A stretch of 64,000 nucleotides of DNA, taken from an archaeon (GTDB taxonomy: Archaea > Nanobdellota > Nanobdellia > Woesearchaeales > UBA9642). Positions 1 through 9,048 of this stretch are shown piece after piece (positions within the stretch are counted from its first letter, which is position 1; every line of letters begins with the position of its first letter). A program made the position numbers and the translations under genes. Location of the stretch: positions 1-64,000 of the forward strand of contig JAGVGF010000006.1 of assembly GCA_020057295.1 (NCBI GenBank), read 5' to 3'. The notes beneath the pieces were generated by a model, which saw only the letters and a list, made by a program, of their open reading frames with translations, was not told the origin of the DNA and searched no databases.

Positions 1-1482
1 CAACTGATCACTATAAGAAGAACCAGACTGAATCTGCAACAACTGACCACGAACATCCTCAACCTGAGAATTAACAGAATTCAACTTCTGCAACATCAAC
101 TGATCCTTAGACTCTACAGACTCACCCAATTGATCTATCTTCGAACTATATTCAGAAATTCTGCTACTAGAAACTTCCGCTAACGATTTAATTCTAGAAT
201 CCAACTCAGAAAACTTAGAAGAATCCATAGTTATATTAGTAACACTAACAGTTGATGGAGTTATATTTGATGGAATAGTAATTGATGAATCAACATTTGA
301 TGAAGCACCACTAGCAGGATTAGTCACATCTTGTAGGGGAATATTAGTTGTCTTAACAGAACGTTCTAAATTATCAGATGATTTTTCGACATTCGATTGT
401 TCTCCAAAAGTAAATAATACATTATCATTAGAATTATTATTTAATGATAAAACAGGTTTATTTTCTGATTCAGACATTTTAGATATTTTTTTAGAACTGG
501 ATTTAGGTTTAATTTTTGATTGTTCTTTAATTTGTGTATATAATTGGTGTATATCATAGTATACTATTTTCTTTTTTGAAGAATCCATAGAATTATAAGA
601 TTTCAATGCTTCAGCATACTTGCCTCTGGAGGCATCTACGTCAGTATTTAAAAGATTATAAGATTCATTTATTAACTGATACACCTTAGACATCAAAGGA
701 TCTTTATCTTCCTCTGATGTTTCAAAAAGTTTGGCTTGCTCAGCAGTATTAATCAAACTATGTTTTTCATCTACATTTTGAATAGATGATTTTGTCTGCA
801 TGGATGTTTTTATCGATTGTGAAACATTATTCTCGCCTTTAAGTTTTGATAATTGAGTATCTATGGAACCGTAATTTTTTGGATCAAATATATCTTCAGA
901 AGATTCAACAGCATCAACACCAGAAACTTCATCATCAGATATCTGAGAATTTGTTTCAGTATTTATCTTACGCGGCATTGAAGCGTATGCTCTACGAATA
1001 TTTTCTGGAACTTCAACATTAGAAGTTACTGATTGTTCTTTCTTATCAGACAAATCTTCTGAAGATTCTATAATTTGAGTTCTGTCTATGTTAAATAATT
1101 TTTCTATGACGTTCTTTTTTTCTTCATCAATTTCTTCAGCTATTAATGATTGAATTATTAATTCTAATTGTTTAAGATAATTCTTAATTTCATCTTGTGT
1201 CATTTCTCTATCTACAAGATATTCTTGTTCTGATAATCTGCTCAAATAAGTGTCTATACCTTCCTTAACAACAGTTTTTATGTATATTTTTTTTAATTCT
1301 TCAGATAATTCTTCGTAAGCAAATTCGTAATCTATCTTAAGATATTCTGAGAAGAAACCTTTAACAAGCATGTAAACTTCTGATTCTTCGATAAAATTTT
1401 TATTTAAAGAATCTTCTATCTTATTAACATACTTTTTCTTGAGAAGAGCCTTACGTTGACTCTCTGGCACCCCTTTTTCCAT
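1..1482 (-). CDS. Hypothetical helical/low-complexity protein, 3' end outside window
   Basis: Not in ORF track; ATG at 1482 (MEKGVPESQRKALL...), sampled stretches down to position 1 read in frame; divergent from MoxR; Ser/Glu/Lys-rich linkers. Confidence 0.85.
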   Translation of the reverse strand, partial: MEKGVPESQRKALLKKKYVNKIEDSLNKNFIEESEVYMLVKGFFSEYLKIDYEFAYEELSEELKKIYIKTVVKEGIDTYLSRLSEQEYLVDREMTQDEIKNYLKQLELIIQSLIAEEIDEEKKNVIEKLFNIDRTQIIESSEDLSDKKEQSVTSNVEVPENIRRAYASMPRKINTETNSQISDDEVSGVDAVESSEDIFDPKNYGSIDTQLSKLKGENNVSQSIKTSMQTKSSIQNVDEKHSLINTAEQAKLFETSEEDKDPLMSKVYQLINESYNLLNTDVDASRGKYAEALKSYNSMDSSKKKIVYYDIHQLYTQIKEQSKIKPKSSSKKISKMSESENKPVLSLNNNSNDNVLFTFGEQSNVEKSSDNLERSVKTTNIPLQDVTNPASGASSNVDSSITIPSNITPSTVSVTNITMDSSKFSELDSRIKSLAEVSSSRISEYSSKIDQLGESVESKDQLMLQKLNSVNSQVEDVRGQLLQIQSGSSYSDQL

Positions 1483-1636
1483 ACTGTGTCTATTCAAATC
1501 AAGAGATATTTAAAGGTTTTTATTTTTAAGCGTATTGCTAAGCTTATAAAAACAAAATATATTTAAATACGAGAATAAAGGATATGTTATTCATAATTTT
1601 AAGTTATCAAAGTAATACAGTCAACGCATAAAAGGG

Positions 1637-2665
1637 GTGTATATGGTTAAGTCTACTAAGGGTTCTGATTATAAGAATCCTAGAAAGAATGAGATGGATA
1701 TTCTTGTTAAGGAATATCAGCAACAATTCATTAACATTAGAAGAGAAGTTGGGAAGATTGTTGTTGGACAAGACTTAATTATTAATTCTCTCATCGAAGC
1801 ATTATTATGTAATGGACACGTTCTTGTTGAAGGTGTTCCAGGTATTGCTAAAACTTTAACAGTAAGAACTTTATCTATTGTTACAGGAGGTCAATTTTCT
1901 AGAATACAATTTACTCCAGATCTTCTACCTACAGATATAATTGGTATAACAACTTACGAAGAAGGCAGAGGATTTTATTCTGTTAAGGGTCCAATATTTG
2001 CAAACTTCTTATTAGCAGATGAGATTAATAGGGCTCCGCCTAAAGTACAGTCAGCACTTTTAGAAGCAATGCAGGAGCGTCAAGTAACTATTGGTAAAGA
2101 ATCATTTGCATTACCAATACCTTTCTTTGTAATGGCTACGCAGAACCCTATTGAAAGTCTTGGTACATATAAACTTCCAGAAGCACAAATTGACCGTTTC
2201 ATTTACAAATTACAGATGAAATATCCTAATATTGATGATGAGTTAAAAGTATTACACCAAAATAGTACATTAACAAATATGGATCAGTTTGACATTCAAC
2301 AAGTTATGAATCCTGAAATAATACTAAAAGCACAAAGAGATGTTAAACGAGTATATATGGATAAGAAAGTCGAGAGATATATTGTAAGTATTGTTGATGC
2401 TACAAGAAATCCTGAAAAATATGGTATACAAACTGGCAAATATATAGAGTATGGTACATCTCCTAGATCTAGTATCGCACTATTTATTACTTCTAAAGCT
2501 CATGCATTAGTTAAAGGTAAACCTTATGTTACACCAATGGATGTTAAAGAAGTTGCACACAATGTCATGAGGCATAGAATTATACTTAACTATGAAGGAC
2601 AAGCAGAAGAAATATCAGCAGATACAATAATTGAAGAGATATTAAAGAAGGTTCCAATAGTATAA
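1637..2665 (+). CDS. moxR: MoxR family AAA+ ATPase
   Basis: Walker A EGVPGIAKT, RIQFTPDLLPTDI, DEINRAPPKVQSALLEAM, ATQNPIE. Confidence 0.95.
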   Translation: MYMVKSTKGSDYKNPRKNEMDILVKEYQQQFINIRREVGKIVVGQDLIINSLIEALLCNGHVLVEGVPGIAKTLTVRTLSIVTGGQFSRIQFTPDLLPTDIIGITTYEEGRGFYSVKGPIFANFLLADEINRAPPKVQSALLEAMQERQVTIGKESFALPIPFFVMATQNPIESLGTYKLPEAQIDRFIYKLQMKYPNIDDELKVLHQNSTLTNMDQFDIQQVMNPEIILKAQRDVKRVYMDKKVERYIVSIVDATRNPEKYGIQTGKYIEYGTSPRSSIALFITSKAHALVKGKPYVTPMDVKEVAHNVMRHRIILNYEGQAEEISADTIIEEILKKVPIV

Positions 2666-2736
2666 ATATAATATTTTATAATACGATAAATAAGTTGAAA
2701 CGATTTTAATGAAAAAAACTATATTCATGTTCTAAA

Positions 2737-3636
2737 ATGGCTATTAAAAGTTTTGAGGCAGACCTCGTACCAAGAATTAGAAAATTAGAAGTTTACGCTA
2801 AGCAGTCAGTACTTAACGAATTAATAGAGGGTAATTGGACCGCATCATTCAAGGGTCACGGTATGGAGTTTTCTGGATATAGAGCGTACACTTATAACGA
2901 TGATGCGAGTATAATTGATTGGAAGGCTTCGCTTAGAAGTAAATCATTGCTTGTTAAAGAGTATGAAGTTGAAAAAAGTGTAAGCATATATTTTATGCTC
3001 GACGTCAGTAATAGTATGTTATTTACTAGTACTAAGAAGTTGAAAGCAGAGTATGCAGCTGAAGTTGTATCGTCATTAGCATTTACAATGTTAAGAACTG
3101 GCGATGCCGTAGGCTTAAGTATGTTTAATGATAAATTAGTAACTAAACTTCCACTTAATCTTGGCCGTAAAATGCATCACATGATGGTTAAGGATTTATC
3201 TAATGTTGATAATTATGGAGGTAATTTTAATTTTAATAATTCAATGAAATTATTATTTACAGCTGTAAAGAGTAAAGCCGTACTAGTTATAGTTTCAGAC
3301 TTCATAGGATTAAGTGATGATTGGTATAAAATGTTGAGACTTGCATCACAACGTTACGAAGTTATTGGTATAATGATTCGCGATCCTAGAGATAGAGAAC
3401 TTCCTAATGAAAGCGGACAGTATTATCTTGAAGATCCTTATAGCGGAGAAAAATTGTTAATTGATGTAAAAAAATATGCGGCAGCGTATAAAAAATATGT
3501 AGAAAATGAAGAAGCATCCATAGAGAAACATTTCAGAGCCACAAGAAGCGATTTACTAAGATTAAGTACAGATAAAGATTTTTATTATCCTGTAGTAAGA
3601 TTTTTTAAGAAGCGTGCTGTAACACATAAAAGTTAG
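2737..3636 (+). CDS. DUF58 domain protein
   Basis: G-x-G-x-EF...R-x-Y...D...IDWKAS motif, LDVSNSM, IVSDF; follows MoxR. Confidence 0.9.
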   Translation: MAIKSFEADLVPRIRKLEVYAKQSVLNELIEGNWTASFKGHGMEFSGYRAYTYNDDASIIDWKASLRSKSLLVKEYEVEKSVSIYFMLDVSNSMLFTSTKKLKAEYAAEVVSSLAFTMLRTGDAVGLSMFNDKLVTKLPLNLGRKMHHMMVKDLSNVDNYGGNFNFNNSMKLLFTAVKSKAVLVIVSDFIGLSDDWYKMLRLASQRYEVIGIMIRDPRDRELPNESGQYYLEDPYSGEKLLIDVKKYAAAYKKYVENEEASIEKHFRATRSDLLRLSTDKDFYYPVVRFFKKRAVTHKS

Positions 3637-3643
3637 GTGAATA

Positions 3644-4603
3644 ATGGTATATTTCAGTTTTATACATCCGGAATATTTATGGTATTTACTTAGTGTTCCA
3701 TTACTAATTGTTACACATTTTGCATTACTTAGATATATCAAACATAAAGCGTTAAGATTTGCAAACTTTGTAGCAATGAAGCGTGTTAGTGAAGGTAAAA
3801 TTATTGTACGTAACAGCACAATACTTGCATTAAGAGTATTGACTGTATTTTTACTTATAATGGCCATTGCAGGTACAACATATTGGTATAAAGGTTTAAG
3901 TTCTGAAAGTGATTTAGTTATCGCTATTGATACCAGTTCTTCGATGACTGCTAAAGATTTTAGTCCTAGTAGACTTGATGCTGCTAAAGATTTTAGTAAG
4001 AAGGCTGTTCAAGAGTTTAAGGGAGAATCTAATATAGGAATTGTAACTTTTTCAGGTGTTGCAGTCATAGAACAATTGCCCAGTAAGGACAAGAGTAAAG
4101 TATTGAACACTATTGACTTAGTAGATTATTCACAAGTAGGTGGTACAGATATACCAGGGGCAATAATTACTGCTACAAATTTACTAATCCCCGCAGAAAA
4201 AGGAAAAAATATTATATTAATAACAGATGGAAGTAATACTGTTGGCGGGACAGTAAGAGATCCAATAACAGCAGGTGTTAAATATGCTAAAGATAACGGA
4301 GTAATAATATATACTATAGGTATAGGATCAGATATAGGACCTTTAGGATACCTCCCAGAATATTACAATATTAGTGCAGTATATGATGAAAATACGTTAT
4401 TAAGAATTGCTAATGAAACTAGTGGCAAATATTATTATGCAGGTACAAATGCAGAATTAGATAAACAAATACAAGAATTAATGAGTAATACTGAGGAAGC
4501 ATATTTGCATATAGATTTAACGTTAGGATTGCTAATTATATCGCTTTTACTAATATTCATAGAATGGGGATTAATAAACACAAGATTTAGATCAATACCA
4601 TAG
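3644..4603 (+). CDS. BatA-like VWA membrane protein
   Basis: N-terminal F..P..L.LL..P TM segment, MIDAS DTSSSM, GGT, LITDG, C-terminal TM. Confidence 0.9.
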   Translation: MVYFSFIHPEYLWYLLSVPLLIVTHFALLRYIKHKALRFANFVAMKRVSEGKIIVRNSTILALRVLTVFLLIMAIAGTTYWYKGLSSESDLVIAIDTSSSMTAKDFSPSRLDAAKDFSKKAVQEFKGESNIGIVTFSGVAVIEQLPSKDKSKVLNTIDLVDYSQVGGTDIPGAIITATNLLIPAEKGKNIILITDGSNTVGGTVRDPITAGVKYAKDNGVIIYTIGIGSDIGPLGYLPEYYNISAVYDENTLLRIANETSGKYYYAGTNAELDKQIQELMSNTEEAYLHIDLTLGLLIISLLLIFIEWGLINTRFRSIP

Positions 4604-4705
4604 AAGTACTACTCTACAGTTACGAAAATAGTAATCTTTATAAACCCTACATTATTTCTAAGTACAGAATATCTAATATCTATATAGATTAATCAATATA
4701 ATAAA

Positions 4706-5671
4706 ATGCAAACACATATTCAAACAAATCCTGGCAATAGCTATATTCCTATAAATCCCTGGCTAGATGCAAAACCAATAGATTACATTGTTAAAGGAAA
4801 TTTTAGAGTAAGAAATTATGGTGAAACACACTTTTTTCCAAAACAAAGCCTTAGAGAAGGCTTAAAAGAAGTAATAATATTCAAAGAAAATAATAAAAAA
4901 TACGAAATACCAAACGGAAGTGTATGGGTATATGACAGAAGCAGGGGATATATTCCAGAAATACTTCGTGAAGATGTCGGTTGTGGAATAACAGGATACA
5001 TTATAGAACAATTAAACTATTCTCCAAAAGATGTTAGAGAAATACTTAAATCTATAAGAGATACAGGCATAAGAATTGGCAGAGGCAATCATTTTATAGA
5101 TTTTTGCACAGCACATCCAAAAGCTACAGATAGTAATATGCTATTTCTACATTCAGATTTTCATTTTGATCACAAACATCCCATATCCTTTGAGGGCGCT
5201 AAAGCAATGGAACAAGAATCTAAAGATCGAAGACGTGAAAGTATAGAAAAAATAATTAAGGGATTAGATATAAAAGGAGAATTTTATAATGATTGGACAC
5301 ACAATACTGTAGAAGTTGGTGAAGAACAAACTATATATCGTAAAGGCGCAATAAATATTCAGTCAAGTAATGGAGAAGGAATATTAGCACTTAATCCTTT
5401 TGAAGGCTTTTTCTTTTATGCAAGTAAATGGGGAAATTATCATGGATCCATGCAGCACGGTACTGGAAAAAAAGCTGCAAAAAAATTTGATAAATCAAAA
5501 CTAGAAATTATAAGAACCGGTAATGTAGAGGGATTGGTTATTGATAGAACAAATATGCCTGAAGACGTACATAAATATTATAACGAATTCAATGCATTTT
5601 ACGAAACATTCTGTAAAGAACAATTAAGCATAGGATATTCTAGACCAAAATTAGTAGTATATACTGGTTAA
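4706..5671 (+). CDS. Divergent compact RtcB-like RNA ligase
   Basis: Ordered RtcB motifs: PNG, DVGCG, GRGNHF, LHS, THN, YRKGA, SMQHGTG. Confidence 0.7.
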   Translation: MQTHIQTNPGNSYIPINPWLDAKPIDYIVKGNFRVRNYGETHFFPKQSLREGLKEVIIFKENNKKYEIPNGSVWVYDRSRGYIPEILREDVGCGITGYIIEQLNYSPKDVREILKSIRDTGIRIGRGNHFIDFCTAHPKATDSNMLFLHSDFHFDHKHPISFEGAKAMEQESKDRRRESIEKIIKGLDIKGEFYNDWTHNTVEVGEEQTIYRKGAINIQSSNGEGILALNPFEGFFFYASKWGNYHGSMQHGTGKKAAKKFDKSKLEIIRTGNVEGLVIDRTNMPEDVHKYYNEFNAFYETFCKEQLSIGYSRPKLVVYTG

Positions 5672-6567
5672 GCAGCTATTTTAGAAAATTTTCTCTTAAA
5701 TTCTTCAAATCCTTCGGCGGATTCCAAAGGAATAATATGAATATTTGTTTCTTTAGATTCATCAGATAATAACAAATTATAATGATCAAAATTTAAAGTA
5801 TCGTCGCTATGTAATGCATACATTATATTTGAACGATTTCTATGAGTCAAACCACAATCCAATGTATTCATAGCTGTCAAATATTGAAGATAAATCAGTT
5901 CTTTTTTGGGTATTCCAAAATGATAAATTAATTCACCTTTATCACCTGCTTTTTTTTCTCTAAGAGGCAAAATCTTTATTTCAGCAACAATTCTGTTTAC
6001 TAAAGCATTTGCTTTGCGAGTTATACTATCACTTAATTCCACAAGTGACGCGGAATTTTTAAGAAATATATCCAAAATTTGGTAAGCTTCTAATATTTTT
6101 ATAGTAAATTTTTCTACATCATCTGTTGTCCAATCAGAATGCTTTTCAGTAATATATGAGCACTCTGACAATTTATTTTTTAATTCTGATAACACGCCTA
6201 ACAAGGTTTTTTGTAAATTCACAGCATTTTGTGTAACATCATCCAATTCTAATTTTTCATCCTTAGACAATTTATTTATTTCTTTGGAGTCGAACAATCG
6301 ATGCTGATCATATATTTTACCAAAATACATTTTTATTTTCTGAAAGGAAACACCTAATTCTACAATCTTATGTTCATCCTTATTTAATGATTTATCAGAA
6401 ATATTTTTAGCATTAATTTTCTGTTCAAATAACACAGCGTACCTACTAACTAAGGAATCTATTTCGCTAACAAGTTTTTGAATTTCTTCAAAGTTTTGAA
6501 TCAATTCTTCTGTGCCTAAGAATTTATCCTTCATAAATTGCTGTCGCATATATCTAAAAATGTGCAT
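5668..6567 (-). CDS. Hypothetical protein (helical N-terminus, small globular C-terminus)
   Basis: 299-aa ORF, no recognised motif; convergent with RtcB-like gene, 4-nt overlap. Confidence 0.7.
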   Translation of the reverse strand: MHIFRYMRQQFMKDKFLGTEELIQNFEEIQKLVSEIDSLVSRYAVLFEQKINAKNISDKSLNKDEHKIVELGVSFQKIKMYFGKIYDQHRLFDSKEINKLSKDEKLELDDVTQNAVNLQKTLLGVLSELKNKLSECSYITEKHSDWTTDDVEKFTIKILEAYQILDIFLKNSASLVELSDSITRKANALVNRIVAEIKILPLREKKAGDKGELIYHFGIPKKELIYLQYLTAMNTLDCGLTHRNRSNIMYALHSDDTLNFDHYNLLLSDESKETNIHIIPLESAEGFEEFKRKFSKIAA

Positions 6568-6599
6568 GTATGCAAATTAATTCTAGAATTTAAAAATGT

Positions 6600-7028
6600 T
6601 TACGTTGCAAACAGATAATCTCTAATATAACTTAATGTTACACCCACTATACTACAAAGAACTATACCCCAAATAATATCTACTAATAATATCGTTAACG
6701 ACCAATCTTTTAACATAGAATAATTGGTTAATTCATAAAAACCATACAATAATAGTCCAAATAGTGCACTATATGCTATTCTCGGGCCCAAATCTTCACC
6801 AACAGGTATTCTAGGCAATATTAATAATACAAATCCTAAAGATATAAGAATATATGTTAATCCTGCAGCAAATATATTTGGCTTAAATGCATCATTGCTC
6901 ATTCTACCTAAAGTTGATAATTCTGTCTTATAGAAACCGTTCAATATCACACCTAACACAAGCATATCTAGTGCAATAATTATTATTAAACCAGCAATGA
7001 ATAGTTTAATATCGCCTGACTGAGACAT
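6600..7028 (-). CDS. DUF2177-like membrane protein
   Basis: 4 TM; G..LYGFYELTNYS...W.....VDI.WG pattern. Confidence 0.8.
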   Translation of the reverse strand: MSQSGDIKLFIAGLIIIIALDMLVLGVILNGFYKTELSTLGRMSNDAFKPNIFAAGLTYILISLGFVLLILPRIPVGEDLGPRIAYSALFGLLLYGFYELTNYSMLKDWSLTILLVDIIWGIVLCSIVGVTLSYIRDYLFAT

Positions 7029-7085
7029 GATACAAATTAAGTAGGGGAGTATATAAATTTAATGTGAAAATACCTTTACACACAA

Positions 7086-7301
7086 TCATGTTCTTTCTAC
7101 AATATCATCAAGATTTTCTCCTGTAGCCAATACAATCAACGCAACAAATAGAAACAACAAGCCTATAAAATCAGTGATATCTGGAGTGTTCCACGTTCCT
7201 ATAATCGCTCCTGTAATAGTATTATTCTGTCCTATAAAAAAAAACATGCCTAGAGAGAAGAATATCACACTAAGAGCCCTAAAAATGTTTCTCCTACCCA
7301 T
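7086..7301 (-). CDS. Small 2-TM protein with ITGAII motif
   Basis: Two hydrophobic segments flanking NTITGAIIG. Confidence 0.7.
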   Translation of the reverse strand: MGRRNIFRALSVIFFSLGMFFFIGQNNTITGAIIGTWNTPDITDFIGLLFLFVALIVLATGENLDDIVERT

Positions 7302-7364
7302 ATATTCATTTCAGTAATTTACACATTATAAATATTTCTTTTTAATTTAGAAAAAAAGATTATA

Positions 7365-7437
7365 AGCCCCCGGCGAGAGTTGCACTCGCGACCTTTAGAT
7401 TACAAGTCTAACGCAATAGCTACTATGCTACGGGGGC
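7365..7437 (-). tRNA. tRNA-Thr(UGU)
   Basis: Acceptor GCCCCCG/CGGGGGC, anticodon arm TTAGA-CTTGTAA-TCTAA, T arm GCGAG/CTCGC, U73; no encoded CCA. Confidence 0.93.
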
Positions 7438-7534
7438 ATAGTATAGTTCATAGAACCCACAAATGTTTTATAAATGTTACGCACGGCGTAACAGCTTCGA
7501 ATATAATGAGAAGATATTATTGTTTATTATAGCG

Positions 7535-7633
7535 TTATTCCCATTCGTAATTGCAATCTTTACACAAGTATTTGTACATGTTTGAATGTAATTCTTCTAT
7601 AACATTATCACTGTCGCATATTGGGCAGAACAT
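7535..7633 (-). CDS. 32-aa zinc-ribbon microprotein
   Basis: MFCPICDSDNVIEELHSNMYKYLCKDCNYEWE*; CPxC...CxxC; TATA-like TTTAAATA about 25 nt upstream on minus strand. Confidence 0.75.
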   Translation of the reverse strand: MFCPICDSDNVIEELHSNMYKYLCKDCNYEWE

Positions 7634-7675
7634 ATAGTAATATTGGTGTTTCGTATTTAAAAATATTTCTTTAAT

Positions 7676-7738
7676 AAACTTTATAAATTAGTATCGATTG
7701 CGATATATCGTGTGAGATATATCTACATAGATATAGTA
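7676..7738 (+). promoter_or_regulatory. Promoter and tandem palindromic operators of the PadR operon
   Basis: TTTATAAA at 7680-7687; CGATATATCG 7701-7710, AGATATATCT 7715-7724, degenerate AGATATAGTA 7729-7738. Confidence 0.6.
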
Positions 7739-7754
7739 TATAAAAAATATAAAG

Positions 7755-8264
7755 GTGTGCATGCTTAAGAATCAGCTTAAATTAATAGTTTTAAAAAAAC
7801 TTGAAGACAAAAGTCTTTCAGGATATGATTTAATTAAAGAGATATATAATTCTACAGGAACATGGAAACCAAGTTTTGGTTCAATGTATCCTTTGCTTAA
7901 GGAATTACATGCAAATAAATTAGTAACTGTCAAAATAAGCAATAGAAAAAAGGTATATTCTATAACTCCTTTAGGTAGAAAAACTCTTAAGGAAACTCTT
8001 GCTGCAAGTCAGGTTGTTATCGAGACTATGGCACGAGAGTTTAAAATGATGGAAAATATATGCAACACACATGAGAAGAAAAATTTAGATGTGCTGCTTA
8101 GAAAAATTCATAGTGATAAAGCAATATTTGGGAATGTTAACGACGAAATGGATAGATTTCAAAGAATTACGATGCACCTATTAACACACGGAAAATTTGA
8201 ATCAAAAGAAACAGAGATTAAAAAAATATTAAACGATACAATAAATAAATTAAAAAAAGTTTAA
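7755..8264 (+). CDS. PadR family transcriptional regulator
   Basis: SGYDLIKEI...WKPSFGSMYPLL...RKKVYSITPLG. Confidence 0.92.
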   Translation: MCMLKNQLKLIVLKKLEDKSLSGYDLIKEIYNSTGTWKPSFGSMYPLLKELHANKLVTVKISNRKKVYSITPLGRKTLKETLAASQVVIETMAREFKMMENICNTHEKKNLDVLLRKIHSDKAIFGNVNDEMDRFQRITMHLLTHGKFESKETEIKKILNDTINKLKKV

Positions 8265-8284
8265 GAGAATAGAGATAAAATAAA

Positions 8285-9016
8285 ATGACTGAACGCAAAC
8301 CAATTATTGAATTGAAGGATGTCTGGAAAATATATCAGATTGGAGAGGTAAAAGTTGAAGCACTTAGAGGATTAAACCTTAAAATTTATCCTGGAGAATT
8401 TGTTGCTATTCAAGGACCTTCTGGATCAGGTAAAAGCACCGCTATGAATATGGTTGGATGTTTGGATATTCCGTCAAAAGGGCATGTATATCTTGATGGT
8501 CAAGACATTTCTAGACTTAAAGAATCAGATCTTGCACAAATCCGCGGTAAAAAAATTGGATTTATATTTCAGAAATTTAATTTAATTAATACATTAAGTG
8601 CTGCAGAAAATGTTATGTTACCATTAACTTTTTTGGATGTTCCGGAAAGTAAACGTATCGAAATAGCTGATAAAATGTTAAGAATGGTCGAGCTAGATAA
8701 TAGGACTGAACATAAGCCTAATGAATTATCTGGTGGACAACAACAAAGAGTTGCAATAGCAAGAGCACTTGCTGTAAATCCTGATATAATACTTGCTGAT
8801 GAACCAACAGGAAATTTAGATAGTAAATCTGGAGCTACAGTGATGGGTTTCTTAGATAAATTGCATAAACAGGGTAAAACTATTGTAATGGTTACTCATG
8901 ATGATGATTTGGCACAGTATGCTGAACGTATTGCTGTACTTCGGGATGGCGAAATTGTGGAGAAAATTAATCATACTAGAAAACACGGTAAACTCTTCAA
9001 AGAGTCTAATGAATAA
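8285..9016 (+). CDS. ABC transporter ATP-binding protein (LolD/MacB type)
   Basis: GPSGSGKST, LSGGQQQRVAIARAL, ILADEPTGNLD, VTHD. Confidence 0.96.
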   Translation: MTERKPIIELKDVWKIYQIGEVKVEALRGLNLKIYPGEFVAIQGPSGSGKSTAMNMVGCLDIPSKGHVYLDGQDISRLKESDLAQIRGKKIGFIFQKFNLINTLSAAENVMLPLTFLDVPESKRIEIADKMLRMVELDNRTEHKPNELSGGQQQRVAIARALAVNPDIILADEPTGNLDSKSGATVMGFLDKLHKQGKTIVMVTHDDDLAQYAERIAVLRDGEIVEKINHTRKHGKLFKESNE

Positions 9017-9048
9017 GATATAATATTTATAAAACACAAGGTGATAAA

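Noticed and set aside
1637-4603. MoxR-DUF58-VWA operon as novel
   Set aside because: Widespread, already described arrangement.
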